Below are positions 25,653 through 34,637 of a DNA stretch of 44,312 nt, one piece after another (the first letter of the stretch is position 1; each line of letters starts with the position of its first letter). Location: contig CAUZSY010000001.1 in the NCBI GenBank assembly GCA_963582725.1, forward strand, positions 1 through 44,312, given 5' to 3'. The notes beneath the pieces are model-generated. The model saw nothing but the letters and a program-made list of their open reading frames with translations. It was not told where the DNA came from and searched no databases. The position numbers and the translations under genes were made by a program. The DNA is from Candidatus Thalassarchaeaceae archaeon. Its GTDB lineage: Archaea > Thermoplasmatota > Poseidoniia > Poseidoniales > Thalassarchaeaceae.

Positions 25653-26945
25653 ATGGATTCAAGGACCGCGCCTCCGGAAGACTCCGACATGTCGGTGCTG
25701 CAGCCTGCTACTGCGATGCCGGTCGGCGAGTTCGTCAGACTTCTACGAGCCGACATCAAGTCGGACCAGCGTTACCGTGACATCGCCATAACCGGGGAAC
25801 TGGGCCGGGTGACGGTCTCAGGCCCCGGTCACTGGTACCTCGACCTGAAGGACTCGGACGGGCAACTCAGTTGTGTCGCATGGCGTGGAACCGCGTCGCG
25901 CATACCCTTCCAGCCGAAGGCCGGTGACGAGGTGATCGTCGTCGGCAGCCTGGATGTCTATCCGCTGCGAGGCACCATCCAACTGGTCATCAAAGAGATG
26001 CGTCAGGTCAGTCAACTCGGAGCGCTGGAGGAGGCTCGTAGACTCTTGGTCGAGAAGTTACGAGAAGAGGGTGCTATGGACCGGCCGAGGCAGCCGCTGC
26101 CGGCTATTCCGCAGCACATATGTCTGGTCACCGGCGCCGGCTCGGCGGCTCTCGCTGACATGCAGCGGCTGATCGAAGAGCGCTGGCCCGGGCTTCGTCG
26201 AACTATCATCGGCGTGCTGGTTCAGGGCGAGCGAGCGACGGCTGAGATTGTCCGCGGCATCGAAGCGGCGAATCGGATGAGCGACCCGTTCTGGGCCGAG
26301 GCGAATGGTGTGCCGCCGGTCGATCTCATAGTCTGCGGTCGTGGCGGTGGCAGTCCCGAGGACCTCTGGGCGTTCAATCTGGAACCGGTCGCCCGCGCCG
26401 TCATCGACTCCCCGACGCCGCTCATCAGCGCCGTCGGCCACGAATCCGACATCTTGGTCTCCGACATGGTCGCCGACCTGCGCGCCGCGACGCCATCGCA
26501 CGCCATCGAGCGCTGCGTCCCGTACCGCAGCGATCTGGAACAGCAGCACGACGACATCCGGCTGGCGATGGCGGCCGCCACGGTGCGCCGACTCAGCCAT
26601 TTGCGCGAGAGTGTCACTCACCTGCGAGCCCGGCTCGGCCACGCGCCGATGGCGGGAGTCGAGCGTGGTCGTGGCCGCATCGACGGTCTCGCTTCCCGCA
26701 TCACCGCCGGCACCACAGGCCTATTCCAGCACCAGCGCACTCGTCTGTCGCGCGCCGAAGCGACCCTGAACGCGATCCACCCTGACAAGGTATCCGAGCG
26801 TGGCTGGACGCTGGTCCGCGACAGCGGCGGGCGGCTCGTCACTCGGGCCTCCATGGCTCGGCCCGGCCAAGCCATCAATATACGATTCCACGACGGCGCC
26901 CTCGGCGCCGAAGTGACTGAGCAGGAGTTGGATGAACATGAGTGA
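25653..26945 (+). CDS. xseA: exodeoxyribonuclease VII large subunit
   Basis: N-terminal OB fold ('HWYLDLKD..GQLSCVAW'), 'VCGRGGGSPEDLWAFN', 'ISAVGHESD'. GAGGT lies upstream of the ATG at 25653. An alternative ATG is at 25689. Confidence 0.9.
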   Translation: MDSRTAPPEDSDMSVLQPATAMPVGEFVRLLRADIKSDQRYRDIAITGELGRVTVSGPGHWYLDLKDSDGQLSCVAWRGTASRIPFQPKAGDEVIVVGSLDVYPLRGTIQLVIKEMRQVSQLGALEEARRLLVEKLREEGAMDRPRQPLPAIPQHICLVTGAGSAALADMQRLIEERWPGLRRTIIGVLVQGERATAEIVRGIEAANRMSDPFWAEANGVPPVDLIVCGRGGGSPEDLWAFNLEPVARAVIDSPTPLISAVGHESDILVSDMVADLRAATPSHAIERCVPYRSDLEQQHDDIRLAMAAATVRRLSHLRESVTHLRARLGHAPMAGVERGRGRIDGLASRITAGTTGLFQHQRTRLSRAEATLNAIHPDKVSERGWTLVRDSGGRLVTRASMARPGQAINIRFHDGALGAEVTEQELDEHE

Positions 26946-27204
26946 AGAAGTTGAAGGAACGGTGGGTGAAGTGGTTGGAGAGGCAGATGCGGCGGAGTCT
27001 GAGATTGGATACGCTGAGCGGGTCGCGAGGCTGGAGGCGATAGTCCGCGAGTTGGAAGCCGGTCAGCAGGATCTCGAAGCGACGCTGGCCCTTTTCGAGG
27101 AGGGCATGGGTCATCTCCGTGCGTGCGGCGATGCGCTCGACGCCGCGGAAGGCCGCCTCCGAGAACTCACGCTGTCAGAAGCCGAATCCGAAGCCTCTCG
27201 CTGA
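26932..27204 (+). CDS. xseB: exodeoxyribonuclease VII small subunit
   Basis: 'YAERVARLEAIVRELEAGQQDLEATLALFEEGMGHLRACGDALDAAEGRLREL' is the typical XseB helical hairpin. Overlaps the xseA stop (coupled). Confidence 0.85.
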   Translation: MNMSEEVEGTVGEVVGEADAAESEIGYAERVARLEAIVRELEAGQQDLEATLALFEEGMGHLRACGDALDAAEGRLRELTLSEAESEASR

Positions 27205-27282
27205 GCGCACCCCTGCCTTCTGCCTCCTCAGGACCCTGAGCAACATGATACGACTGCATCGCTCGACTCGGTAAACGCTGAG

Positions 27283-28380
27283 TCAGCGGAGCCATCCACG
27301 TCGCCAGAAGTAGCCGAGCATCAGCAGCGAGAAGACGCCCATCACAGAGAAGATGACCATCAGGCTCGGACCACCCGTCCCAGCCCCGAACTCGTCGACG
27401 TTCATGCCGAAGACGCCGGCGATCAGAGTCAGCGGCATCATGATCGCGCCGATGATGGTCAGCGTCGTCATCACCTCGGTCAGACGCTGATTCGACTCGG
27501 CCAGCCGCATCGACGTCTGGGAGAGGTAGGTGTCACGGGCCGAGGTCGCGCCGGCGGAGATGTTGTTGGCCCGGTCGGTCAGTTCGTTGACCTGGCTGCA
27601 CATATCCTCGTAGAACAGTCGGCAGTCGTCGGGCACGAACGCCTCGTCCGGCCGCATCAGATTCAGGACGATGCGCAGGAACGGTTCGATCGACTTCGAC
27701 GCCTCGCGAAGCTCCTGCTTCATCTCGTGCAGGTCGGGGAGCAGATTCGGGTATCTCGTCTTCGGATCGATGACCCGGTCCTCCAGTTCCTCCAGCCGGT
27801 CGTTGTGACCGACAAGCATCCGGTACCAGTCGTCGGCGATTGAGTCCATCAGTTCGTACAGCAGATATTCAGCACCGAGGTTCTTGCGCTTCTGGGTCCG
27901 GCGCAGTCCGAACCGCTTGCGGAAATCGTCGATGCACGGCAGGGCTGAGTTGCGCACTGTCACCAGCAGATCGCCGCGCAGGAAGATGAAGATGTACTCG
28001 GTATCCAGATCGCTGTCCTTGTCACGGGCTCTCAGCACGACGAACTTGTGCTCGTCATAGACGTAGAATCGAGTCGCCGCCTCGCTGAAGCAGTCCTCGA
28101 CCGCGAGATGGTGGAAGCCGCAGTTCAGCAAGAAGCGGCGGCCCTCTTCGCCGGGCTCATAGAGATCGAGCCAGCCGCCCTCGGTGATGCGGGCGGACGC
28201 CTCGTCGAAGGTCAGGCTGACGCCAGCGGAGTCTGCGCCGTACGAGTGCATCCGGACTTCTGCCAAGGCATCTCCTCCACGCGATGACGGACCTGCGCGC
28301 CCCATTTGTGCGTTCCCCCTACCATATCGCTGCCCACCGGTGGCCTCCTCGGCTCTGAAACGGTTCCTAGCAACGCTCAT
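27283..28380 (-). CDS. corA: CorA-family Mg2+/Co2+ transporter
   Basis: 'GVFGMNV' (GMN motif) between two C-terminal TM helices. Basic C-terminus 'YFWRRGWLR'. The start may be a downstream Met (e.g. 'MHSYG'). Confidence 0.88.
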   Translation of the reverse strand: MSVARNRFRAEEATGGQRYGRGNAQMGRAGPSSRGGDALAEVRMHSYGADSAGVSLTFDEASARITEGGWLDLYEPGEEGRRFLLNCGFHHLAVEDCFSEAATRFYVYDEHKFVVLRARDKDSDLDTEYIFIFLRGDLLVTVRNSALPCIDDFRKRFGLRRTQKRKNLGAEYLLYELMDSIADDWYRMLVGHNDRLEELEDRVIDPKTRYPNLLPDLHEMKQELREASKSIEPFLRIVLNLMRPDEAFVPDDCRLFYEDMCSQVNELTDRANNISAGATSARDTYLSQTSMRLAESNQRLTEVMTTLTIIGAIMMPLTLIAGVFGMNVDEFGAGTGGPSLMVIFSVMGVFSLLMLGYFWRRGWLR

Positions 28381-28624
28381 CTCGAGGTCCTGGCCGTCCG
28401 CAGTCGCTCCTCCGACTGGAACATGTAGTATTGGATGAAATCGTCAGAATTCAACTAGCAGCCCACCCGGTTGCTTTCTTTCGGGATCTAGATCGCAGTA
28501 CGAGCAGCCCCCTTCGTGCCGTTTGATATGCGGCTTCGGCAGACCTGTCAGGAACGACGCTTCCGACAGGGTTCGTCCTCTTCTCTGAGGATATCTCAAT
28601 GGTTCACCCGCTGCCGAGGTGATC

Positions 28625-28921
28625 TCAGTCGGCGGCGAGGGCGCTGGTCCAGCGATCAGCGTCAGGAATCTCGACCGCTTCAATGGTGATCGACGCGACC
28701 GCCTTCTGCGAGGCGAGCGAATCTCGCAGTTTCTCCAGATCGAACAGGCAGCAGGGGCAGTGCGGTCGAGGCGGGCGGATCCAGATTCGGACGTCGCCGG
28801 CTTCGGTGATCTCGATGCCGCGCATCACCGCTTCGTCGGTCAGCGAGCCGCCATGTGGGTCGTTCCGACCGCGCAGCAGGTTGGCGACCTGCCGCTGGGC
28901 GTTGCGCTGCTTCCTACTCAT
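28625..28921 (-). CDS. small DUF59/MIP18-like protein (tentative)
   Basis: 'VMRGIEITEAGDVRIWIRPPRPHCPCCLFDLEKLRDSL...ITIEAVE' resembles DUF59 Fe-S-assembly-type domains. Strong GC3 bias in this frame. I chose the ATG at 28921 rather than 29032. Confidence 0.45.
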   Translation of the reverse strand: MSRKQRNAQRQVANLLRGRNDPHGGSLTDEAVMRGIEITEAGDVRIWIRPPRPHCPCCLFDLEKLRDSLASQKAVASITIEAVEIPDADRWTSALAAD

Positions 28922-29074
28922 GCTCGCCGGAGAGCGACCCTGCGCTTCATTCCTCCCGCCCCTGGTGTCCGCGGATAGTGACTGCGGAGGGGCGGTTCTC
29001 GCAGGGCTCCTTCCCTTCGATTCGAGAATCACGGAACACGCTGAGCGGTCGGGGAGTCTGACAGTCGGCCGAGT

Positions 29075-29890
29075 TCATGTCCACGGGTCGATGGCGACGA
29101 TGTGCCGAAGACCGATGGCCGCCGATTCATTGCCCTCCGCACGCGCGGCCGCCTCGATCAGCATCCGGCGCAGCCAGCCGAGCATCATCAGCGTCTGGAA
29201 TCGCTCCATCGAGTCGAGGATGGCCTGCGCGTTGGCGCCGAGGATGCCCTTCTGCAGTTCGTGTTGCAGGTCGGCGGCGTGGTCATAGTGCAGCAGCAGC
29301 AGCTCGTCGAGCGCCTCGGCCTCCAGTCGCTTGCCGGCGAACCGCTTCGCCAGGTCACGAAGGATGACCGGGGTCAGTGCCGCGCCGCCGGCAGCGGCGC
29401 CGAGCGACTCCTCGAGCGGGTCTGCCTCGGCCGCTTCATCGCTCGACGAGTCCACCGCTTCGTCATCATCGGCGACCGGCTCGTCCGTTCTGGCGGCGAC
29501 CGCCTTGTCGAGGTGACGCTGCTTGATCGTGCCGACGCGTTCCGCGGCCGCTGCCGCCGAGGCGGCGTGCAGCAGCCGTGACAGGAACTCCTCCAGCGCC
29601 TCGTTGGCGGCGACCACCGCGGCGGCGCTGACCGAATCGACGCGAGCGATGTTGTCGACCATCATGCCACGGGTCCGGCTGAAGCCGAGACGCGTCCGAC
29701 TCGGGTCGGCCAGCGTCCGGCGCTCGGGATCCGCCGTGAGAGTCTCCTGCTCCAATCGGCGGACGACCTGTTCGAGATGCCGTTCCAGAATCGGCACGAG
29801 AGCCTCCTTCACCTCGCCGCTGATGCGCAGATCGACGCCGAGCCCTCTGGCGACTTCTGCGATGTGCGAGGTCGCCCACGGCTTCGCCAT
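29075..29890 (-). CDS. hypothetical protein with repeated histone-fold-like segments and an acidic linker
   Basis: By eye against HMfB-type histones: 'LRISGEVKEALVPILERHLEQVVRRLEQ...RRTLADP' and 'VDSVSAAAVVAANEALEEFLSRLLHAASAAAAAERVGTIKQRHLDKAV' (compare 'ERVSDDARITLAKILEEMGRDIASEAIKLARHAGRKTIKAEDIELAV'). D/E/A-rich linker. A third degenerate unit. An alternative ATG is at 29974. Confidence 0.6.
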   Translation of the reverse strand: MAKPWATSHIAEVARGLGVDLRISGEVKEALVPILERHLEQVVRRLEQETLTADPERRTLADPSRTRLGFSRTRGMMVDNIARVDSVSAAAVVAANEALEEFLSRLLHAASAAAAAERVGTIKQRHLDKAVAARTDEPVADDDEAVDSSSDEAAEADPLEESLGAAAGGAALTPVILRDLAKRFAGKRLEAEALDELLLLHYDHAADLQHELQKGILGANAQAILDSMERFQTLMMLGWLRRMLIEAAARAEGNESAAIGLRHIVAIDPWT

Positions 29891-30037
29891 GTAACCCCTG
29901 CCCGTCCTAACCCGTTCGATAAGGTTGCCCGCTGCGGCCGCCGGCCATCGAATAGGGTTTGTTGCCTCAGCCAACGATGCTGACAGCGCGTCAGAGGGGT
30001 TTGGACCCGGGACTCAGAGAGAGGGGTTTCGGCTTGG

Positions 30038-30595
30038 TCAGAGGTCTAGGACTCGGCGCAGCCACGCCTCGGCGGCGGTCAGGTCCGGCAGTGCTTCGAT
30101 CGGCTCGTCACGACGGTCGTCGAGGTGCCGGCCAGCCAGTTCGCCAGCCCAGCCGCCGGTCGTCGACATGACGGCCACCGGCTTGCCCGTCTGCCAGGCG
30201 AAGGCGATCTCGGAGAGAGTGCCGGCGCCGCCGCTGACGCCTATGCAGGCGTCACCCGCCCGGGCCACCAGCATGTTGCGGAACAGCCCGAGCCCGGTCG
30301 GCACGACGATGTCGAGATGCGGGTTCGCCGTCGAGGCGTCCGCCTCCGGCATGATGCCGATTATCTCGCCACCGGTCCACATGTGACTCGTTCTGGCACC
30401 TCTCGACACCGCTTCCATGACACCGGCGCGGCCGCCGGAACAGAGTCGGCAGCCGAGGTCGACGATGAGTCGGCCCAGCCCTTCGGACAGCTGTTCGACC
30501 TGCTCTCTGATGGCGCCGTTCGAGCCGAACACCGACACCAACGGTTTTCTCGTCGGGTCGTCCATGTCATTGCCTCCGCCATCCACGCCTGCCAC
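30038..30595 (-). CDS. TIGR00725/LOG (SLOG)-superfamily Rossmann-fold protein
   Basis: 'CSGGRAGVMEAVSRGA', 'GGEIIGIMP', 'VPTGLGLFRNMLVARAGDACIGVSGGAGTLSEIAFAWQTGKPV'. Confidence 0.78.
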   Translation of the reverse strand: MAGVDGGGNDMDDPTRKPLVSVFGSNGAIREQVEQLSEGLGRLIVDLGCRLCSGGRAGVMEAVSRGARTSHMWTGGEIIGIMPEADASTANPHLDIVVPTGLGLFRNMLVARAGDACIGVSGGAGTLSEIAFAWQTGKPVAVMSTTGGWAGELAGRHLDDRRDEPIEALPDLTAAEAWLRRVLDL

Positions 30596-30601
30596 TCCAT
30601 C

Positions 30602-31978
30602 TCACCACTCGGTCCAGTCGGCGAACGCATCCTCATCCCCGGTCCCGGCAGCGCCGTCGCTACCTCCCGACAGCCGTTGCATGCTGTCGGCGGTACGCAC
30701 CCAGGAGTCCTCGATGCCGACCGCGCCGTCCGGATGGATGACCTTTGGTTCGATGGCCATCGCGCCGCCGATGGGCAGCGGACGATCGAATCCGGTCGCG
30801 ACGACCGGCGTCTCATCAAGTTCGAGTCCGATGCCGTGTCCCAGGAAGCGCGCCTGATCAGGTCGCATGCCCATCAGGTGATCGGCGTGGCCCATCTCGG
30901 CCGCAGCCTCGACGCCGCTCTGCCAGGCGGCGCTGCAGTCGTCACCACGACCGAGCGAATCGCGAACGATGTGAGCTATCTCGATCATGTCGGCCTGTCG
31001 CTCGAGCCACGCCGTGTCCGGTGGTCCGAGGCTGAACATCCGCGTCATGTCGGAGACGTAGCCGCGATGGACGTGGACTATGTCGACTATGACCGGCTCT
31101 CCCGGCTCGATGCGGCGGTGGCCGGCGCCGAGGGCGGCCAGCGGGTGCGGACCGGCCGCGCCGATGGCGCTGTCGAAGAACGACGGCACGGCGCCGGACG
31201 GACCGCTCGCGACCACGGCGCGGTCACAGTCCATCGGCCACCTGCGCAGTCGGATGTGGCCGCCGAAGCCGTGTGCCCGGCTGACTCGTTCGGCTGCTGC
31301 GGCGAGATCGAGTTCGGTGAATGATTCGCCGCTGCCGGCGCGGTCATCGCCATGTTCCCGGACCGCTTCGAACATCCGGCGCTGGACGATGCCGGATTCG
31401 CGCATCCGGGCGAGTTCCCACTCGGACTTCGTCTCGCGGAGCGACCAGAGGATGCGGCTGCAATCCTCCGGACCGGCGCTCGGAGTGCCCATCGATGCCA
31501 GACGGCCGGCGAGGAAGTCAGCATCGGCGGCCGGCAGACGAGCCCGCTGCAGCGCCGGCGCGCGGCTGGCACCTCGCAGCCTAAGGTCATCGGCGAGAGC
31601 CGCCATCCGCGGCATCGCTTCAACCGAATGCACCGCAGCATCGGCGCCGGCCTCGTGGCGGGCCCGGTCGAGCGATGAGCGGACGAACTGCACCGGTGCC
31701 GCGCCGGTCAGGTCGGTGGCCGGCAGCCAGGCCGCACCGGCCTGCCGGTTGCCGCACAGCCAGTACAGGTCGACGGGATCGCTGATCCATGCGCTCTCGA
31801 TACCCGACTCCAGCAGCGCGTCGCGGAATCGCGACTGACGATGTTGCAACTCGGACACCGGCACCAGCCAGTCCTCGCCGTCCGGACCGAGAAGCGCACC
31901 TCCATCCCAGACCATGCGGCCGACTCGCAGCGTCTGGTCTTGAGCGATTCGCATGGACCGGCCACCGGTCGCCCGCAC
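30602..31978 (-). CDS. M24-family metallopeptidase (Xaa-Pro aminopeptidase/creatinase-like)
   Basis: Pita-bread motifs 'VIVDIVHVHRGYVSDMTR', 'LGHGIGLELDETP', 'GGAMAIEPKV'. Creatinase-like N-domain. Confidence 0.82.
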   Translation of the reverse strand: MRATGGRSMRIAQDQTLRVGRMVWDGGALLGPDGEDWLVPVSELQHRQSRFRDALLESGIESAWISDPVDLYWLCGNRQAGAAWLPATDLTGAAPVQFVRSSLDRARHEAGADAAVHSVEAMPRMAALADDLRLRGASRAPALQRARLPAADADFLAGRLASMGTPSAGPEDCSRILWSLRETKSEWELARMRESGIVQRRMFEAVREHGDDRAGSGESFTELDLAAAAERVSRAHGFGGHIRLRRWPMDCDRAVVASGPSGAVPSFFDSAIGAAGPHPLAALGAGHRRIEPGEPVIVDIVHVHRGYVSDMTRMFSLGPPDTAWLERQADMIEIAHIVRDSLGRGDDCSAAWQSGVEAAAEMGHADHLMGMRPDQARFLGHGIGLELDETPVVATGFDRPLPIGGAMAIEPKVIHPDGAVGIEDSWVRTADSMQRLSGGSDGAAGTGDEDAFADWTEW

Positions 31979-32169
31979 GATAGTCGGCCCAGCGTCGATT
32001 CGTGTCGATACTAGTGTGGTGCCAAGGCCGGGGGGGTCCGAGGGTGAGGCTAGGCGAGCCAGCGGACAAACAGGGTGTCACCTCATCGCTGTATCCCGTT
32101 CACGGCCGCAATGACCGGGCTGTTCTGGCGTCGGAACGGCAATAGGCGCTCCGCCGGTCGCGTCGTCCG

Positions 32170-33441
32170 ATGAGGGGCGTGCTCTCCCTCGATGACGCAC
32201 GCCTGACGGGCAATCGAGTTCTGCTCCGTGTCGACATCAACTCACCGCTCGACCCGGCGACCGGGGAGTTCCTCGACGACACACGACTGCGCGCCATTCT
32301 GCCGACTCTCAAACGACTTGCCGACGCCAAGGTGGCGATGCTCGGCCATCAGAGCAGACCGGGCAGGGTGGATTTCACATCGATGGAGGGTCATGCGGAG
32401 AGGATATCTCGTCTGTTGGGCAGGCGGATCAGATTCGTCCCGGACGTCTGCGGAGAAGCGGCGCTGGCCGCGATAGAGTCGATGCAGCAGGGCGAGATGT
32501 TGATGCTCGACAATGTCAGGGGACAGCCCGAGGAGACAGCGCTGAACGGGGCGTCAGAGGATCAACTGGCCGAATCCGAAATCGTCCGGAATCTAGCATC
32601 GGTCTGTGACGCCTATGTCACCGACGCGTTCGCTGCAGCACACCGAAATTCCCCTTCCATCTCCGGCTTCGGCACCGCTCTGCCATGCTTCGCAGGCGAA
32701 TTGATGGCTCGCGAGGTGGAGGCGCTGCGCATCGCCACGGAACAGCCTCCACAGCCGTACGTGGCGATTCTAGGCGGCATGAAGTGCGACGACTCGCTGC
32801 GCATCGCTGCCAACCTGCTCGGCAGCGGCAAGGCGCAGACCATCGTCGCCGTCGGCGTCGTCGGCAATCTGATGCTCTGGGCGAGCGGCCATGACATCGG
32901 CGAAGCCAATCGTTCGTTCATCGAACAGAGCCACGGCGACGCCTTCGCCGAGACCAAGCGGATGGCCGACGAGATATGGGCCGAACACTCGGAATCACTG
33001 CTGCTGCCGAGCGATCTCGCAATCGAGCAGGACGGCCAACGCCGTGCGATTTCGGTCGACGAGTTACCGACCGAGTATCCGATCCACGACATCGGGATAG
33101 GCACTCTGATGTCGATACGACCGATAGTGATGCAGGCGGGCTGCGTGCTCTGGAACGGACCTGCGTCGTACTTCGAGAAGGAGGCCTTCGCCTTCGGCAC
33201 AATCGAGGTGCTGAACATCTGCGTCGAGACGCCGGCCTTCACCATCATCGGTGGCGGTCACACCAGCGCACTGGTCAATCAACGGCGGGTCGCCGACCGG
33301 ATCGATCACGTCAGTACCGGCGGCGGCGCCTGCCTGACGATGCTCGCCGGCGAACCGATGCCGGGCATCGAGGCACTGCGCACCAGTGCAGCGCTGTTCA
33401 GTGACCGCCTCGACGAACTCGGCCTGGCGCCGCTCGGCTGA
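32170..33441 (+). CDS. pgk: phosphoglycerate kinase (archaeal type)
   Basis: 'VLLRVDINSPLDP.TGE..DDTRLRAILPTLKRL', 'MLGHQSRPG', 'YVTDAFAAAHR', 'HVSTGGGACLTML'. Confidence 0.93.
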   Translation: MRGVLSLDDARLTGNRVLLRVDINSPLDPATGEFLDDTRLRAILPTLKRLADAKVAMLGHQSRPGRVDFTSMEGHAERISRLLGRRIRFVPDVCGEAALAAIESMQQGEMLMLDNVRGQPEETALNGASEDQLAESEIVRNLASVCDAYVTDAFAAAHRNSPSISGFGTALPCFAGELMAREVEALRIATEQPPQPYVAILGGMKCDDSLRIAANLLGSGKAQTIVAVGVVGNLMLWASGHDIGEANRSFIEQSHGDAFAETKRMADEIWAEHSESLLLPSDLAIEQDGQRRAISVDELPTEYPIHDIGIGTLMSIRPIVMQAGCVLWNGPASYFEKEAFAFGTIEVLNICVETPAFTIIGGGHTSALVNQRRVADRIDHVSTGGGACLTMLAGEPMPGIEALRTSAALFSDRLDELGLAPLG

Positions 33442-33509
33442 ACCGGATGACAGGGTGGCTATGGGCTCACCGATTCGCTTATCCGAGCCGGTCCGGTGGC
33501 CGCGCCGCT

Positions 33510-33582
33510 GCCACTGTAGCTTAGTTGGTAGAGCACCTGATTCGTAATCAGGAGGCCGAGGGTTCGAATCCCTCCAGTGGCT
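33510..33582 (+). tRNA. tRNA-Thr (anticodon CGU)
   Basis: Folded by hand. Acceptor GCCACTG/CAGTGGC, D arm GCTT-AGTTGGTA-GAGC, anticodon arm CCTGA-TTCGTAA-TCAGG (CGT), variable loop AGGCC, T arm GAGGG-TTCGAAT-CCCTC, discriminator T. CCA is not encoded. Confidence 0.9.
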
Positions 33583-33748
33583 TCTCTCCGTTACGGGAGC
33601 ACGGGCACCTACCAAGGTGCTGTAGAGTTTCTGAAGGACACTCGGAGACAGGGCTCTAGGGTGCTATCGTCGGTGAACGGTCGTCGGTGGAAGATGCGAT
33701 CCCAGTCGGGCAACAGAGGCAAGGTTTGAGGGAGCGTAGCACGCCTCG

Positions 33749-34111
33749 ATGAACATGACCTGGTACACATACGCAGTCAAGATCCTCGCGACCTCCGGCC
33801 TCATCGTCGCTGTCACGGAGGCGTCGAATCGAAGCACCCTGCTCGCCGCGCTGCTCGCCTCCATTCCCATCGTGTCGGTCGCAGCGATGATGTGGATGAA
33901 CCACGAGGGCGCCGAAGTGACGGAGATATCCGCCTTCGCCCGCGACATCGTCTGGCTGGTCATCCCATCGCTGCTGCTGTTCCTGCTGCTGCCACCGCTG
34001 CTGGCCCGCGGCATCGATTTCTACCCGGCCCTCGGCATCGGCCTCGGCGCCACCATCGCGGGCTACCTGCTGACCGTCAAGGCGATGCAGCACTTCGGTC
34101 TCGCAGCCTGA
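33749..34111 (+). CDS. DUF3147-like small 4-TM membrane protein
   Basis: 120 aa, 'YAVKILATSGLIVAVTEASNRSTLLAALLASIPIVSVAAMMWM', 'IVWLVIPSLLLFLLLPPLL'. Layout fits DUF3147. Confidence 0.6.
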   Translation: MNMTWYTYAVKILATSGLIVAVTEASNRSTLLAALLASIPIVSVAAMMWMNHEGAEVTEISAFARDIVWLVIPSLLLFLLLPPLLARGIDFYPALGIGLGATIAGYLLTVKAMQHFGLAA

Positions 34112-34189
34112 GACGATGCGTCGGATTCACTCGGAACGGTTGTGCATGAGAGCGAGATGACGGGCATGAGAGGGAGGTGACGGGAGGAC

Positions 34190-34564
34190 ATGACGGCGGC
34201 TATCGAGACGATATGGGGGGTCTTCCAGGCGAACGGCGGTCTGTTCGGTGAGATCTCGTACATCGTCGGCAAGATCACCGGCAGGAGCCACTGCTCTCTC
34301 TGCGACATCACGCACGGCAGGACTTCCGAGAAGGCGGCCATGGTAGCCTGCCGCGAGGCCAGCGAGGCGCCGTTACTGCTGGTCCATCTGAACGAGCAGA
34401 GCGAGGCGCTGGCCGCGTTCACCAGCGGCCTGACCCCATGCGTGGTCGCTGAGTCGGCGTCCAACGGTTTCGCGATGCTGCTCGATGCCGACGCGTTGGA
34501 AGAGTGCGCGGGGGAAGTCGACCGCTTCGAAGCGGCACTGGAAGAAGCGAAGGCTGCTCTCTGA
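34190..34564 (+). CDS. hypothetical soluble protein with a CxxC motif ('HCSLCDITHG')
   Basis: 124-aa ORF with good GC3 bias. No family recognised. Confidence 0.5.
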   Translation: MTAAIETIWGVFQANGGLFGEISYIVGKITGRSHCSLCDITHGRTSEKAAMVACREASEAPLLLVHLNEQSEALAAFTSGLTPCVVAESASNGFAMLLDADALEECAGEVDRFEAALEEAKAAL

Positions 34565-34583
34565 GGCTGGCATCCTCAGGCTG

Positions 34584-34617
34584 GGAATGCCAGGCATGCC
34601 CGGAATGCCGGGAATCG
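34584..34617. repeat. 9-nt tandem repeat (GGAATGCCA GGCATGCCC GGAATGCCG GGAATCG..) forming small hairpins in a convergent intergenic spacer
   Basis: Read directly. Hairpins are CTGAGG-n7-CCTCAG (34561-34579), CTGG-n5-CCAG (34581-34593) and CCCGG-n4-CCGGG (34599-34612). Confidence 0.6.
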
Positions 34618-34637
34618 ATTGGCCGCGGCCGATGCGG

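Noticed and set aside
28381-28624. Possible Mg2+ riboswitch or ncRNA in the ~240-nt corA leader (contains hairpin CCTGTC..GACAGG at 28544-28570), plus the 79-aa ORF at 28444-28683
   Set aside because: I cannot recognise M-box or any other riboswitch consensus, and those are bacterial. The hairpin alone is weak evidence. The 79-aa ORF overlaps the end of the upstream gene and has poor coding composition.
30125-31324. 399-aa plus-strand ORF
   Set aside because: It is antisense to both the TIGR00725/LOG gene and the M24 peptidase gene, which have recognisable motifs. One ORF spanning two real genes on the opposite strand is a shadow.
33510-34200. tRNA-Thr as an integration hotspot for a mobile element or island
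   Set aside because: There is no integrase or recombinase downstream. I could not find a direct repeat of the tRNA 3' end by eye in the following kilobases. The downstream genes have host-like GC.
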